Shown one piece after another: positions 37,260 to 48,759 of a stretch of 64,000 nucleotides of DNA. Position numbers and translations under genes: made by a program. Position 1 is the first letter of the stretch; every line of letters starts with the position of its first letter. Source of the DNA: Macrostomum lignano (lineage: Eukaryota); NCBI GenBank assembly GCA_002269645.1, contig NIVC01000841.1, forward strand, positions 248,001 to 312,000. Direction: 5' to 3'. Below the pieces are notes generated by a model. That model was not told the DNA's origin. It made no database searches and saw only the letters and a program-made list of their open reading frames with translations.

Positions 37260-38110
37260 TCCCTTGACTGCATCGTCAGCACAACAATCAACAATCTATA
37301 TTGACTGCATCGTCAGCACAACAATCAACAATCTATATTGATTGCATAATCAACACAACAATCAACAATCCATATTGATTGCATCATCAACACAGCAATC
37401 AACAATCTATATTGATTGCATCATCAACACAACAATCAACAATCTATATTGACTGCATCATCAACACAGCAATCAACAATCTATATTGATTGCATCATCA
37501 ACACAACAATCAACAATCTATATTGACTGCATCATCAACACAGCAATCAACAATCCATATTGATTGCATCATCAACACAACAATCAACAATCCATATTGA
37601 TTGCATCATCAACACAACAATCAACAATCCATATTGATTGCATCATCAACACAACAATCAAAATCTATATTGATTGCATCATCAACACAACAAACAAAAA
37701 TCCATAATTAATTGCATCATCAACACAGCAATCAACAATCCATATTGATTGCATCATCAACACAACAACAAAAATCCATATTGATTGCATCATCAACACA
37801 ACAACAAAAATCCATATTGATTGCATCATCAACACAACAATCAACAATCAACATTTATTGCATCATCAGCACAACAATCAACAATCCATATTGATTGCAT
37901 CATCAACACAACAAACAAAAATCCATAATTAATTGCATCATCAACACAGCAATCAACAATCCAGATTGGGTGCGTCATCAACACAGCAATCAACAATCCA
38001 GATTGGGTGCGTCATCAACACAGCAATCAACAATCCAGATTGGGTGCGTCATCAACACAGCAATCAACAATCCATATTGATTGCGTCATCAGCACAACAA
38101 TCAAAAATCC
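37260..38110. repeat. 37-bp minisatellite (AACAATCCATATTGATTGCATCATCAACACAACAATC), ~23 copies
   Basis: TGATTGC at 37561 and 37598. Confidence 0.95.
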
Positions 38111-39014
38111 ATTCTGATTGCAGCGTAAAAACAACCAAACCGAATTCTATTAAAAATATTGAAAGTACCGAATGGGTGGCTATAAAATGCAGGTATAAAA
38201 CTAGAACTACCAAGTCCAGAAACAGTTACAAAACCAAAGCTCAAACTAAGATTAACAAAGGTCGTTCTAAAATGCTAATCATTTTTATAACTTGTGATTT
38301 TACACCAAAATTGAGCCAGAAATCTAAATTATTCAATAATATTGCATTAGGACTATAAACCCTGAATTACTAACTAATAAAAACAAAATATTAAACAAAA
38401 AGAAAACCTCGCGAATTTAATTAGAATATTATAATTAGGAATATTAGTATTATATTATGCTACACAAGAGATACAGAATGTTAAATTGTTTAATGTTTGC
38501 AATTTTGTCAAATTAAAAAATAGACAAATGCATAGTATCCGTAGTCACTGCCTACTTATACAAGTAGACTGTTCTACTCATACCATAGGAGAAAAATTTG
38601 AGAAAAAAGTACGGCTTAGCCTGCAAGCACTAGCAAATCATTAAATTAAGTATAAAAAAAGAACTCAGAAAAGTAGTACACTATTTAGTTGCCTAAAGTT
38701 ACTGTTGGTAAGATTATTTTATTGTAGAAAATATGCGCAATTTAAAACAATATTTTTATAAGCTAAATGATTGAAATGAATTAATACTAATAATATTTTT
38801 CTTTTTTCATAACTTTTCATAACTATAAGCTTTTACTTAAGCTCGTACTAAGCTTTTCAATAACTATAAATTCTAGGTGTTCAGTAAAATTTTTCCTCAG
38901 AACCTCAGTGCTAGAAATGTAGTGGATCGACTAACCAATTTAGGAATTTGTTGCGACATTTAAAATAAAAACTTACTAAAACATTAAAAAAAAGTACGAG
39001 TACACTGTGACCTT

Positions 39015-39545
39015 CGACCTTGAAGGGAAATCCCTACCACATTAAGGGAAAATCCCCAACGACAGTGAAGAGAAATTCCCTAAGACCTTGAAGGAAAATC
39101 ACCTACAACCTTAAGGGGAAATCCCCAACGACCGTGAAGGGAAATCACCTACAACCTTAAGGGGAAATCCCCAACGACCGTGAAGGGAAATCACCTACAA
39201 CCTTAAGGGGAAATCCCCAACGACCGTGAAGGGAAATCCCCTAGGACCTTCAAGGGAAATCATTTACAACCTTGGGGGAAATCCCCAATGACCGTGAAGG
39301 GAAATCACCTACAACCTTAAGGGGAAATCCCCAACGACCTTGAAAGGAAATTCCTTACGACCTTGAAGGGAAATAACCTACAACCTTGAGGGGAAATCCC
39401 TAACGAACGTGAAGGGAAATCCCCTACGACCTTGAAGAAAAATCCCCTACGACCTTGAAGGAAATCTTCAGCAACCTTGAAGGAAAATCCACAGCGACCT
39501 TGAAGGGAAAATTCCTGCGACCTGAAAGGAGAAGGACCTTGAAAA
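39015..39545. repeat. ~23-bp minisatellite with 46-bp dimer period (GAAGGGAAATC...)
   Basis: ACCGTGAAGG at 39131 and 39177. Confidence 0.9.
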
Positions 39546-39720
39546 TAAAATAGCATTAAAGGGAATCCCCCACCTATAGGTGTATGTGTAACAAGACAGT
39601 TTAGAAAAATGACAAATAGAAGGTTTTATCTCATTATTTTTACCCGATCAACCCAATAATAAGCTTGCTACTAAGTGACCCTCAATAAATTTACTTATTA
39701 ATTAAGAATCACTGAATCAA

Positions 39721-40232
39721 TCAAATCTCTTGACAGGATGCCAACAGAGACAAAGTAGCCGCAGGCTCTTGAACACACTGACCCTGCCCGCCGCCGCCAA
39801 GTCGGCTCAGGCGTTGCAGTCGGTGTCGAATGTCCGACACAGATTCAGCTGTACGACCGGCCGCTTCGCTGCGACGTAAAAAATCAGACAGCGGAGCAGC
39901 GGCCAGTTCAACGGCCTTGTCGAGCCGGTCATCGACTTCGGGAAGCGACGACGACAAAGAAGTTGTTGAAGTGGCCGAAATCGATGCGGCAAGGCGAGCC
40001 AGTTCGCAGCGAAGCTCGACAACCGTGGAACGAAGCTCAACAGCGTCCTGGAGTCTAGCTAATTCGATGTCGTCAGCTTCTTCATTGGGATGGCCGGCGC
40101 TTCGAGTTCCCTCCTGTTGCTTCTGCTGCTCTTGTCGACGCTGGCGAAGCCGTTCTAACAGGCTGGCATCGGCGTCAATGCCAGAGCGGAGTCGACGAGA
40201 CAACATTCTCGTTGAATTAGGACGATTGCCGC
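39721..40232 (-). CDS. HAUS7: HAUS7-like (augmin subunit 7) exon 3, coiled coil
   Basis: agcag acceptor; phase 1 matches the exon 2 donor; open to TGA at 39721. Confidence 0.65.
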
Positions 40233-40339
40233 CTGCTTCAGATTGAAAATATGTATGAAAACATGCACGATACAGCACAACCAAGCGAACTGGCTCTGCA
40301 CCCAAACTTGGACAAACAGATATTTGGACACATATTTTG

Positions 40340-40613
40340 GACAAACTAACGGACTGACTAACGGACTGACTAACTAACCAACTAACTAACTGACTAATTA
40401 ACTAACTGACTAACTAACTGACTAACTAACGGACTGACTAACTAACCAACTAACTAACTGACTAATTAACTAACTGACTAACTAACTAACTAACTAACGG
40501 ACTGACTAACTAACCAACTAACTAACTGACTAATTAACTAACTGACTAACTAACTAACTAACTAACTGACTGACTAACTAACTAACTAACTGACTAACTA
40601 ACTAACTGACTAG

Positions 40614-40699
<86 letters not shown>

Positions 40700-41132
40700 G
40701 ACTGACTAACTAACTAACTAACTGACTAACTAACTAACTGACTAACTAACTAACTGACTAGCTAACTAACTGACTAATTAACTAACTGACTAATTAACTA
40801 ACTAACTAACTGACTGACAAACAAACAAACTAACTAACTGACTGACTAACTAACTAACTAACTGACTAACTAACTGACTAGCTAACTAACTGACTAATTA
40901 ACTAACTGACTAATTAATTAACTAACTAACTGACTGACAAACAAACAAACTAACTGACTGACTAACTAACTGACTGACTGACTAACTAACTAACTGACTG
41001 ACTAACTAACTAACTGACTGACTAACTAACTGACTGACTAACTAACTAACTGACTGACTAACTAACTGACTGACTAACTAACTAACTAACTAACTGACTA
41101 ACTAACTGACTGACTAACTAACTAACTGACTG

Positions 41133-41163
<31 letters not shown>

Positions 41164-41265
41164 GACTGACTGACTGACTAACTAACAAACTAGCTAACCA
41201 ACTAATTAACTATCTAAGTAACTAACAAAGAAATAGACTAACTAGCTAACAAACTGACTAACTAT
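40340..41265. repeat. (CTAA/CTGA)n microsatellite filling HAUS7-like intron 2
   Basis: Direct reading. Confidence 0.95.
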
Positions 41266-41328
41266 CTAGCTGGCTAAGGCACAAAAGCAGAGCATCATCA
41301 ATCAACAATGCTAATAAACAAAGCATAC

Positions 41329-41682
41329 CCAGATTCTCTTCCTCGCCGCTGTCATCATCAAGCACCTCGGACTGGTCAGTCGCAGCCATACGACAAGCTA
41401 AAGCGTGTCGCAAATGCGGCGGCAAAGGCATTTCCGGTTCCGGTTTATCACCGACTCGTTGTCGAACCTCCCGACTGCCAGCTACCAATGCCTTAGTCGG
41501 TTGCAACTGTCGACAGCAATTCGCTAGCGATCCGCTGCATACTTGATGCAGAAATTGCTGAATATTAGCAATGTTTCCATTGACTGAGGATTTCTGCTGA
41601 GGCTGGTTCTGGTGACTGCCGCCATTGCCGCTGCAGTTGCTGCTGGTGCTGGGATGACGAACTTTCGCAGTTCCGATGCAAT
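41329..41682 (-). CDS. HAUS7: HAUS7-like exon 2
   Basis: gcttag acceptor, G/gtatgc donor; open frame in phase 1 at both ends. Confidence 0.65.
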
Positions 41683-41749
41683 CTAAGCAAAGGTTTTAAC
41701 CCATTTACGGTGCACTTATTACACAGTTAAAGTACAATGCATGTAGAGA

Positions 41750-42172
41750 GCTGAGGAACTGAAGCTTGTGGGGTATGCAGGGAGTTGAGCAACTGAAGCT
41801 TGAAGGGAATGCAGGGAGTTGAAGAAAGGAAGCTTGTAGGGAATGCAGGGAGTTGAGGAACTGAAGCTTGAAGGGAATGCAGGGAGTTGAGGAACTGCAG
41901 CTTGAAGGGAATGCAGGGAGTTGAGGAACTGAAGCTTGAAGGGAATGCAGGGAGTTGAGCAACTGCAGCTTGAAGGGAATGCAGGGAGTTGAGGAACTGC
42001 AGCTTGAAGGGAATGCAGGGAGTTGAAGAAATGAAGCTTGTAGGGAATGCAGGGAGTTGAGGAGCTGAAGTTTGAAGGGAATGCAGGGAGTTGAGGAACT
42101 GCAGCTTGAAGGGAATGCAGGGAGTTGAGGAACTGAAGCTTGAAGGGAATGCAGGGAGTTGAGGAACTGAAA
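41750..42172. repeat. 34-bp minisatellite (~12 copies) filling HAUS7-like intron 1
   Basis: AGGGAGTTGA at 41881 and 41915. Confidence 0.93.
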
Positions 42173-42248
42173 CCCTTAATGTGAAATTTACAAGCAAAGC
42201 CTATAGACAGCTTATTGTCAATAAATTGTAAATCAAGGCAAAACTAAC

Positions 42249-42810
42249 TTGCATTGGCGCCAACTGACTGCGCACTTGTGTCCAATAGGCCGCAGAAACT
42301 ATTTGCAGGCGTGGACGAAAAAATCGGCCTGGACACTGACGAGAAGCTGCTGCTAACGACAGAACTGCAGCCAGAGCTACTGTCGGCACCCAGAGTCGAC
42401 TTCATCAAAGCTAAGAGACGGCTGTACATCACCAGCTGCGAGTGTCGAGACGCGGCACCGCTAACTAAATCAACTCCTTCGCTAACATTATTGACATTGG
42501 CAACGCGAAGCGACACTAATATAGCTAGCGTCGCTTCTGGATCGTTGCTAGGCAGAGCGGTTGCCTTAGTAACGCCATATAAAAGCCATTCTAATAGGCT
42601 TGCCCGCCCAGGCTCGTCGCCTGAGAACAGCAGACGATCGTAAAAAGTTGATAACGTTCTATTCTTGTCCGCCGACGAATTGACACTGGCGCAAGGACTC
42701 GTACCGGACACTAATGGACAACGAAGCTGGTGCAGATCTGCTATGACTGAGCGACGGAGGGCTTCTGTGCTGGCGAAGCTGTGCGTCATATGGCTGCTGC
42801 ACTGAAACAT
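42249..42810 (-). CDS. HAUS7: HAUS7-like exon 1 (start at ATG 42810 or 42789)
   Basis: DLHQLRCPLVSG, RASLLEWLL and DLVSGAASRHSQL resemble recalled HAUS7 segments (KLKDLNCPFLEG, RLEILEWM, ELLKGCACAQKQL); donor A/gttagt. Confidence 0.7.
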
Positions 42811-43301
42811 ATCGATATGGATGATTGAAACTTAACTTTCTGATGCTAACCTTCCCCTATAAGTGTCCCTTTGCTCTTGACTAGAAATTGAACTGACACT
42901 GATATTTCTACCGATAAGTTACAATGACCGAGACAATCAAAAAGCAAATATAACATTGTAAATTTACGAGTCTATTATTGCGCGTGACTAAAAACTTAAC
43001 ATATTTTTTTATTTCATTGTTCTCTTACTTTTCTATTATTTCTACTGTTAGTAGAGTAGAAGAACTACTAAAGTAGTAATATTCTTCTGCTTTAACTGTA
43101 AGTAAAGTACTCGTTCAAGAAAGATGCTAGATATTGTAGTTGTATATTACATTTACGTACTAGCCATGAAACCGAAATCTTGTACAAAACCAGATGTTAA
43201 ATGTTATTTAGATTTGTTTATTTAATAAAAGAATCAAAGCACAAGTTTTCATGTTGATTCTCTTTTTTAATAGACTAATCACTAAAAGTCAAACAGTATG
43301 T

Positions 43302-43832
43302 TTACTGTGCAGACAGAACATTGGCGCTAAACAGCTGATATAGTAGACCCATGACGGCATCAACAAAACAGACCGGGGCCAATAGTGAGTTACTATAATA
43401 GGCCACTGAGCAATAGGCACTAGCGGTGATGGTAGACAGTAGAAGTGCAGCAACGCAACTACCAATAACGAGGTACTGCGTCACGCTATCGCATCTTGGA
43501 CTCTCTGAGATCCACTGACGCTCTCTAGCCAAGGCCAAGCCGCATACAACAAATAGAGCAATTAGACAAGCAAACGTTAGTAAAGCCGTGATCTTTACTG
43601 CAACATTTGGCACGCTGAATAGGCCGACTGTGCGAGAGACCGCATCAGCGCTACCATCTTTACTAACAATCCACCAGTGCTTTAGGCACACGCTGAGCAG
43701 GCACAGGAAGGACAATACGATACTACTAGCAAACTTGTACACGGACAATCCTGCTCTAAACGGCCGAGCCGTATTAGTAGCTGATGCGCGGCTAATACAA
43801 TCAACGGACACGGTAGCATAACCATTAGCCAT
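43302..43832 (-). CDS. Multi-pass membrane protein B, 176 aa (claudin/PMP22-like topology)
   Basis: ATG in ACCATGG context; about four hydrophobic stretches, TM1 followed by HWW. Confidence 0.55.
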   Translation of the reverse strand: MANGYATVSVDCISRASATNTARPFRAGLSVYKFASSIVLSFLCLLSVCLKHWWIVSKDGSADAVSRTVGLFSVPNVAVKITALLTFACLIALFVVCGLALARERQWISESPRCDSVTQYLVIGSCVAALLLSTITASAYCSVAYYSNSLLAPVCFVDAVMGLLYQLFSANVLSAQ

Positions 43833-44152
43833 GGTGAAGCTAAGCCAACTAGGCTACTGCTGAACACTAGCATAGCAAGGGTGTAAAATATTGCGCAAGC
43901 TCCCGTAGTAAACATTGCAACGCTACGAACAGCTTCGGTAACAAACACGGCCAGTAGTAAAACCAATAGATTAGCAATGGCTAGCAGCATGGCTATGAAT
44001 ATAGTAGACATAATCACTGCAACACTGGCGCTAACAATGCTAGCATAGAATGCCGGATGCCAATAGTCAGTGAACGCGGCGACAATTGAAAATATGAATA
44101 GTTTTGTTGCCAGAACTATACTGATAGCGTCGTAATAGCCAGTGAAAGCCAT
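43682..44152 (-). CDS. Multi-pass membrane protein A, 156 aa (claudin/PMP22-like topology)
   Basis: ATG in GCCATGG context; TM1 followed by TDYW; several hydrophobic stretches; overlaps ORF B by 151 nt. Confidence 0.55.
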   Translation of the reverse strand: MAFTGYYDAISIVLATKLFIFSIVAAFTDYWHPAFYASIVSASVAVIMSTIFIAMLLAIANLLVLLLAVFVTEAVRSVAMFTTGACAIFYTLAMLVFSSSLVGLASPWLMVMLPCPLIVLAAHQLLIRLGRLEQDCPCTSLLVVSYCPSCACSACA

Positions 44153-45006
44153 GGCGATTTAGTCAGACAAATTATTTATTAAACTTGGCACCTTCTCGAG
44201 ATTTTCTAAGTCAGCCACCAAACTTACTGACCATTTGTACCCGAGCTAACATTTCGGCCATAGACAAAAGTCAGCAACTAAAATTAGATTGCTCTGTTAT
44301 TAATAATTTTTGCTCACGTAACGGTAATGCTACTGATGGTAAGCAAGTCTTCATAGTTTGAGGCAATATTAAACCTGGAAAAGTAATATAAACTTCTACA
44401 TTACGCACTACTTGTCTCTAAAGTGGATTTTTAATGAGTAAGAACAAAGAGACGATATTTTGCTCAAACCACAAATTCTAAAATAACTAGATGGGCCACT
44501 CAGGCATATATACTTAGTAGTACAGCTTCCTATACTTTCATTTCAGTAGCAAAGAAGAATACAGAGGCTATTTTATAAAAATAAAGTCAGCTGAACTGAC
44601 TTTGATAAGTTTAGAAGGCCAAGCTTGCAGGCGTAAACAATTTGCTAATTGGTTCAGCAATAATGTACATTAGCCACTAAAATGTACATGGCAGCTTTAG
44701 GCTGGAATTCCGAGAAAGGCAATAAAAATTGAGGCGGGACGAGGGGGTAGTGTGGAAAGGCGCGGTGGTAGGGTTTAAGCTAGGGGGAAGAGCCAATAAA
44801 TGAGCCTTGGCTTTAAAAATACATTAAAATGCTTCTGTTCAACTTACTACTGAACTGAAAGTAGCTTACACGCAAATGTGCTGCGTGGCCCATCTTATTA
44901 TTCTCGTATCTATTGGTCAAAAACTGAGCACTTTTTACAAACGGTTGTGCTACTAATTTATTGCTAGCACACAAATTATCAAACATTTCTCTGCAGTCAG
45001 ATAAAA

Positions 45007-45606
45007 TCAGCTAGCTCTAAACAGTTTACGAAACAACGGTCGATGCTGGATAAATACAGTCTCAGTTAACAGACTAAACTTGATTGGTCCGCCAGGCTTT
45101 TTAATAGTAAATTTAACATGCCTGTGGCCAATATCTGAGATGGCTAGGCTAGACACCGGAGCGATAACAGGCTTCTTAAACAGCATGCTTAGTGGAATAA
45201 CTGTCACCGTAGCCCCATCGGGGCTAAGCAACACACTACGAACCACGCGTTTCGGCGCAATCAGACTGCGATGAGCAAAATAAGCAGATGCTGGCAGTAC
45301 AATTGTCAGACTAATAGTGCACATCCAACTTAACAGTTCGTTTCGTTTGCCTTTGTACAGCTGGTAGTAAGCCAACAGACCGCTGCTACTGCTAGCAATG
45401 ATGATACCGCTGGCTGCTAATCCAGCATAGAGTTGTTGAAATCTGCGCAGCCGACTACGTACTGGCACATTGTAAACTAGAATCTCTGAGCCATCTTTCA
45501 GGGCTTGAGTCTGCGACTGAGCAGTTGCAAAGCTTCTACCTAGGAGGCGGCCAATGCCAACAAGTTGACAATGGCAGAATCCGCAGGTTTTCGACAGAAT
45601 CTGCTG
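45007..45606 (-). CDS. TMEM223: TMEM223-like mitochondrial inner-membrane protein; no in-frame ATG before the first TM
   Basis: RVVRSVLLSPDGATVTV and KFSLL...PLF resemble the TMEM223 family; frame open from acceptor tttacag; presequence-like GRLLGRSFAT; AATAAA at 44962-44957. Confidence 0.65.
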   Translation of the reverse strand, partial: QQILSKTCGFCHCQLVGIGRLLGRSFATAQSQTQALKDGSEILVYNVPVRSRLRRFQQLYAGLAASGIIIASSSSGLLAYYQLYKGKRNELLSWMCTISLTIVLPASAYFAHRSLIAPKRVVRSVLLSPDGATVTVIPLSMLFKKPVIAPVSSLAISDIGHRHVKFTIKKPGGPIKFSLLTETVFIQHRPLFRKLFRAS

Positions 45607-45819
45607 CTGTAAAGATTAAAGAAATTTTGTTATTTAAACTATGCACTAATTTCCTACTGCAAGTAGGCTATTAAGCTAATGGGCTAATTTTAGTCCATTT
45701 ACAGTGAATATTGGGAAACTTCCAAGATGATTGCTAAAGATTACTAAAGCTAATAATTTTGAAGCCTTTAATGAAACTAAATCATTAAATTCTGATACTA
45801 ATATTTATTTTGATAAGGA

Positions 45820-47147
45820 CAGTGTTGGGAAAATTACTTTGAAAGAGTAACTTCTGGTTTTGTAACTTCCAGTTCCAAGGAAAGTAACTTCTGGCACTTG
45901 TTTCAGTACCATTACTTTTTGTAAAAAGTAACTTCCAGTACTTCCATTACTGGTCCTTTCTAATTTTAATGAACTGCCAATTAAAAAGTGCTCAAACATG
46001 TCTTTATGAAAAAAAACAAAAAGTATGTATTGGTCTAGAGTTAAACAAACTGTTATTCCTCAAATAAAGATGCTACATAATATTATTTATTACTCGTATC
46101 ATTGCATACAAAATTTGAGTGAAAAAAACCTTTACAAAACAAGAATTAGTACTATCTGATATATCAGGAGGCTACACTTGCAATTTGTAGAAAAAAATTT
46201 TGGAGGCCAATTTTCAAGTGTTGATTCTGACTCTTCTGAAGTACTATATGGAGATAATTTTTGTCAAATAGGTGTGTGTGTTGCAATAAGTAGAATAGTT
46301 TAGAGGAATTTTAGTTTGTGTGGGTCATTCTAGTTGCCCTACTAGTATTGTGCTATAATTTTATAGCAGCTATACTTTTACAGTAGTGTAAATATACTTT
46401 TGTACAACTGACTCATTTAAAATCAATGATAATCTTTTAGCAGCCTTGGAAATTCCAGTTAACAATTAAGAGAAAAGATACAAGGACAACAAATAGCTGG
46501 AATTTTATAGATGGACCAATGCACAAGACTTTAAATAACTTGATTTAGTGCCATACGCTAGCTGCAATTAGAAAATTATAATTAGCCTCAAAAGAGTTAA
46601 AAGTCAAAACACTTAGAATGCATCACTCATGTTGTCCTGCATGAATATCAAAATTAAGAAATTGGCCTTCAAAAATTTTCTACAAATCAGGATTGTAGTG
46701 TCTTGATGTACTGCTAGTTATCCTTGTAAGAAAACTTGCAAGGTGTTATTAAAGGATGTTTTATTGTTCTGAAAGTTTCTTGTTTTAGCATTAGTAGTTA
46801 CCAATTATTACTTTAATTCTATGATTCTATAATGCTTAATGCCTTAACTTAAAAAGTAAAAACTGCATGATCTAGAATAATCTCTTTTTTACCTTTTCAT
46901 ACTTACCTGTACTATAAGTATTTTGGTAAAACTTTGGTGAAACTTTGGGGAAATATTTTAGTGCTAAATTGGCTGTTTGGTACCTAAAATTTCATTTTTA
47001 AGTACCGGAGGACTGGACTTATCAAAAAGTAACTTCCATTACCCAAGTCAAGCATTCTGAAAAAAAGAACTGGAAAAAACTACCACTTTAAAAAAGTATC
47101 TTCTGGTATTAAAAGTGCCAGAAGTGCTAGGATTTTGCCCAACACTA
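45820..47147. mobile_element. Non-autonomous hAT-type DNA transposon, 1328 bp
   Basis: TIR CAGTGTTGGG / CCCAACACTA; 8-bp TSD GATAAGGA at 45812-45819 and 47148-47155; subterminal AAGTAACTTC repeats. Confidence 0.85.
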
Positions 47148-48759
47148 GATAAGGATTCTAAAAAGATTGAGTTATACCACTTTGCTTAGTTAAAAAAAGC
47201 CAATCTGTCTTTAAAAAGGGTCTTAACCCATATGCATTTGCCTGCAGAAAAGAATTTTGTAGTTTGCCAAACATGAGTTTGAGTAGATATTTATTGTTAC
47301 AAAGTTTTTAACAGTTTGCTTCTTAGACATAACCATATAGTTGGATTTTTCAAAATTCCAAACTATAATATATAGTTTAGCAGTCAATTTAGTCAATCAA
47401 TTGAATGCCTCTTTAGTAAGAACAATTTCTTTTGATAGCAACAGTAAAAAGCTTTGTTTAACAGATTTTGGATAAAACATGTATGAACAAAGATCCTTGG
47501 TGCTTTCCAAAATGCTTGTTGACTAATATTGGCAATAGTATTATTAAGTTACAAAAACTTTGTAGATTTTTTATAAGCCAATCTCAAGCAAAAAAACAGG
47601 ATTTTTTAACCTTAAATAACTTGATTTGCTCTTATAGTAGGCCTAGCATATCTATGGGATATAGGAATATATAAGTATTCTTCCATTTTGAGAAATAATA
47701 AGAAACAAAAAGGAGAAAAAATAAAAAAGCTAAGCAATTTGTTATTTAGTGAAATTGGCAAAATGATACAAAAAAATATAATAAATTTTAATTAAAACTC
47801 TAAATTGATCACTTACCTATCCACATACTTAGCAATAGACCATTTTTTGTACATTGGATATTTATAAATAATATTTCCACAAATCCTCACTTCCAAAATT
47901 ATCATAGTCAAGATAGACACCTAACAACTACTTTTTGATTTTAAAAAGTTAACTAATAATGGTATAGGTACCTGTTTTATATAAATAAAATATATACTTG
48001 TTTCATATATATATATATATATATATATGGAACAAGATATGAATATAGATAAAGCAAATAATCATAAAAATGATATTTTTTGACTAAAACTCTGACCTTT
48101 TTAGTTACTTCACCCTTGATTTCAAAATCTTAGTTAGGGTATCAGCTTTCTATCTTATTATCACATTGATTATAAACTGTAGGCATTAAAGATAGAACTT
48201 ATAAAAAATTATTTAAGAAATTCACAAAAAAAATTAAATAGGCCCCTATATCTAATATGAAAGATCACCATTTTTGTCATGATCATGACCCTGATCATGG
48301 TCAATTCCTACCTACATGTCCAAATATGGTCAAAGCCACATAGCTCTACTATTTATTTAGCAAGTTTTGAATTGCTCTTTTGGGCTAACAAGAGACTAAG
48401 ACCAATCCCTTATAGAAATTGTCATTGTCACTAATACCAATGCAATGTTTAGCATTTAGAGTATTGAAGAAAAGAGTCTATTTTATTGTTTACAAGCTAT
48501 TGAAACCTGGGGATTTTGAACCCGGGGAATTCCAATACCCGGAACTACTTTTGCATGTATTCTGAAATCTAAGGCCATACACAAACAAAAACTTGTTAAT
48601 AGTTAGTAGGATAGAGGTAGACATAAAATGGAGCACATTCGTGTAAAATTAGGGTTTGAGACATTGTTGGCTGGGGTACTGCGCAGAATGTCAGGCAATG
48701 TCTGTCTGACTCTAAAACATATATTGCTAAACTCTGGTCTCTCCCTGACTCTCCCTACG

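Noticed and set aside
40340-41265. (TTAG/TCAG)n on the HAUS7 sense strand as recursive splice sites or telomeric repeat
   Set aside because: No AG|GT junctions, and the unit is a 4-mer rather than TTAGGG
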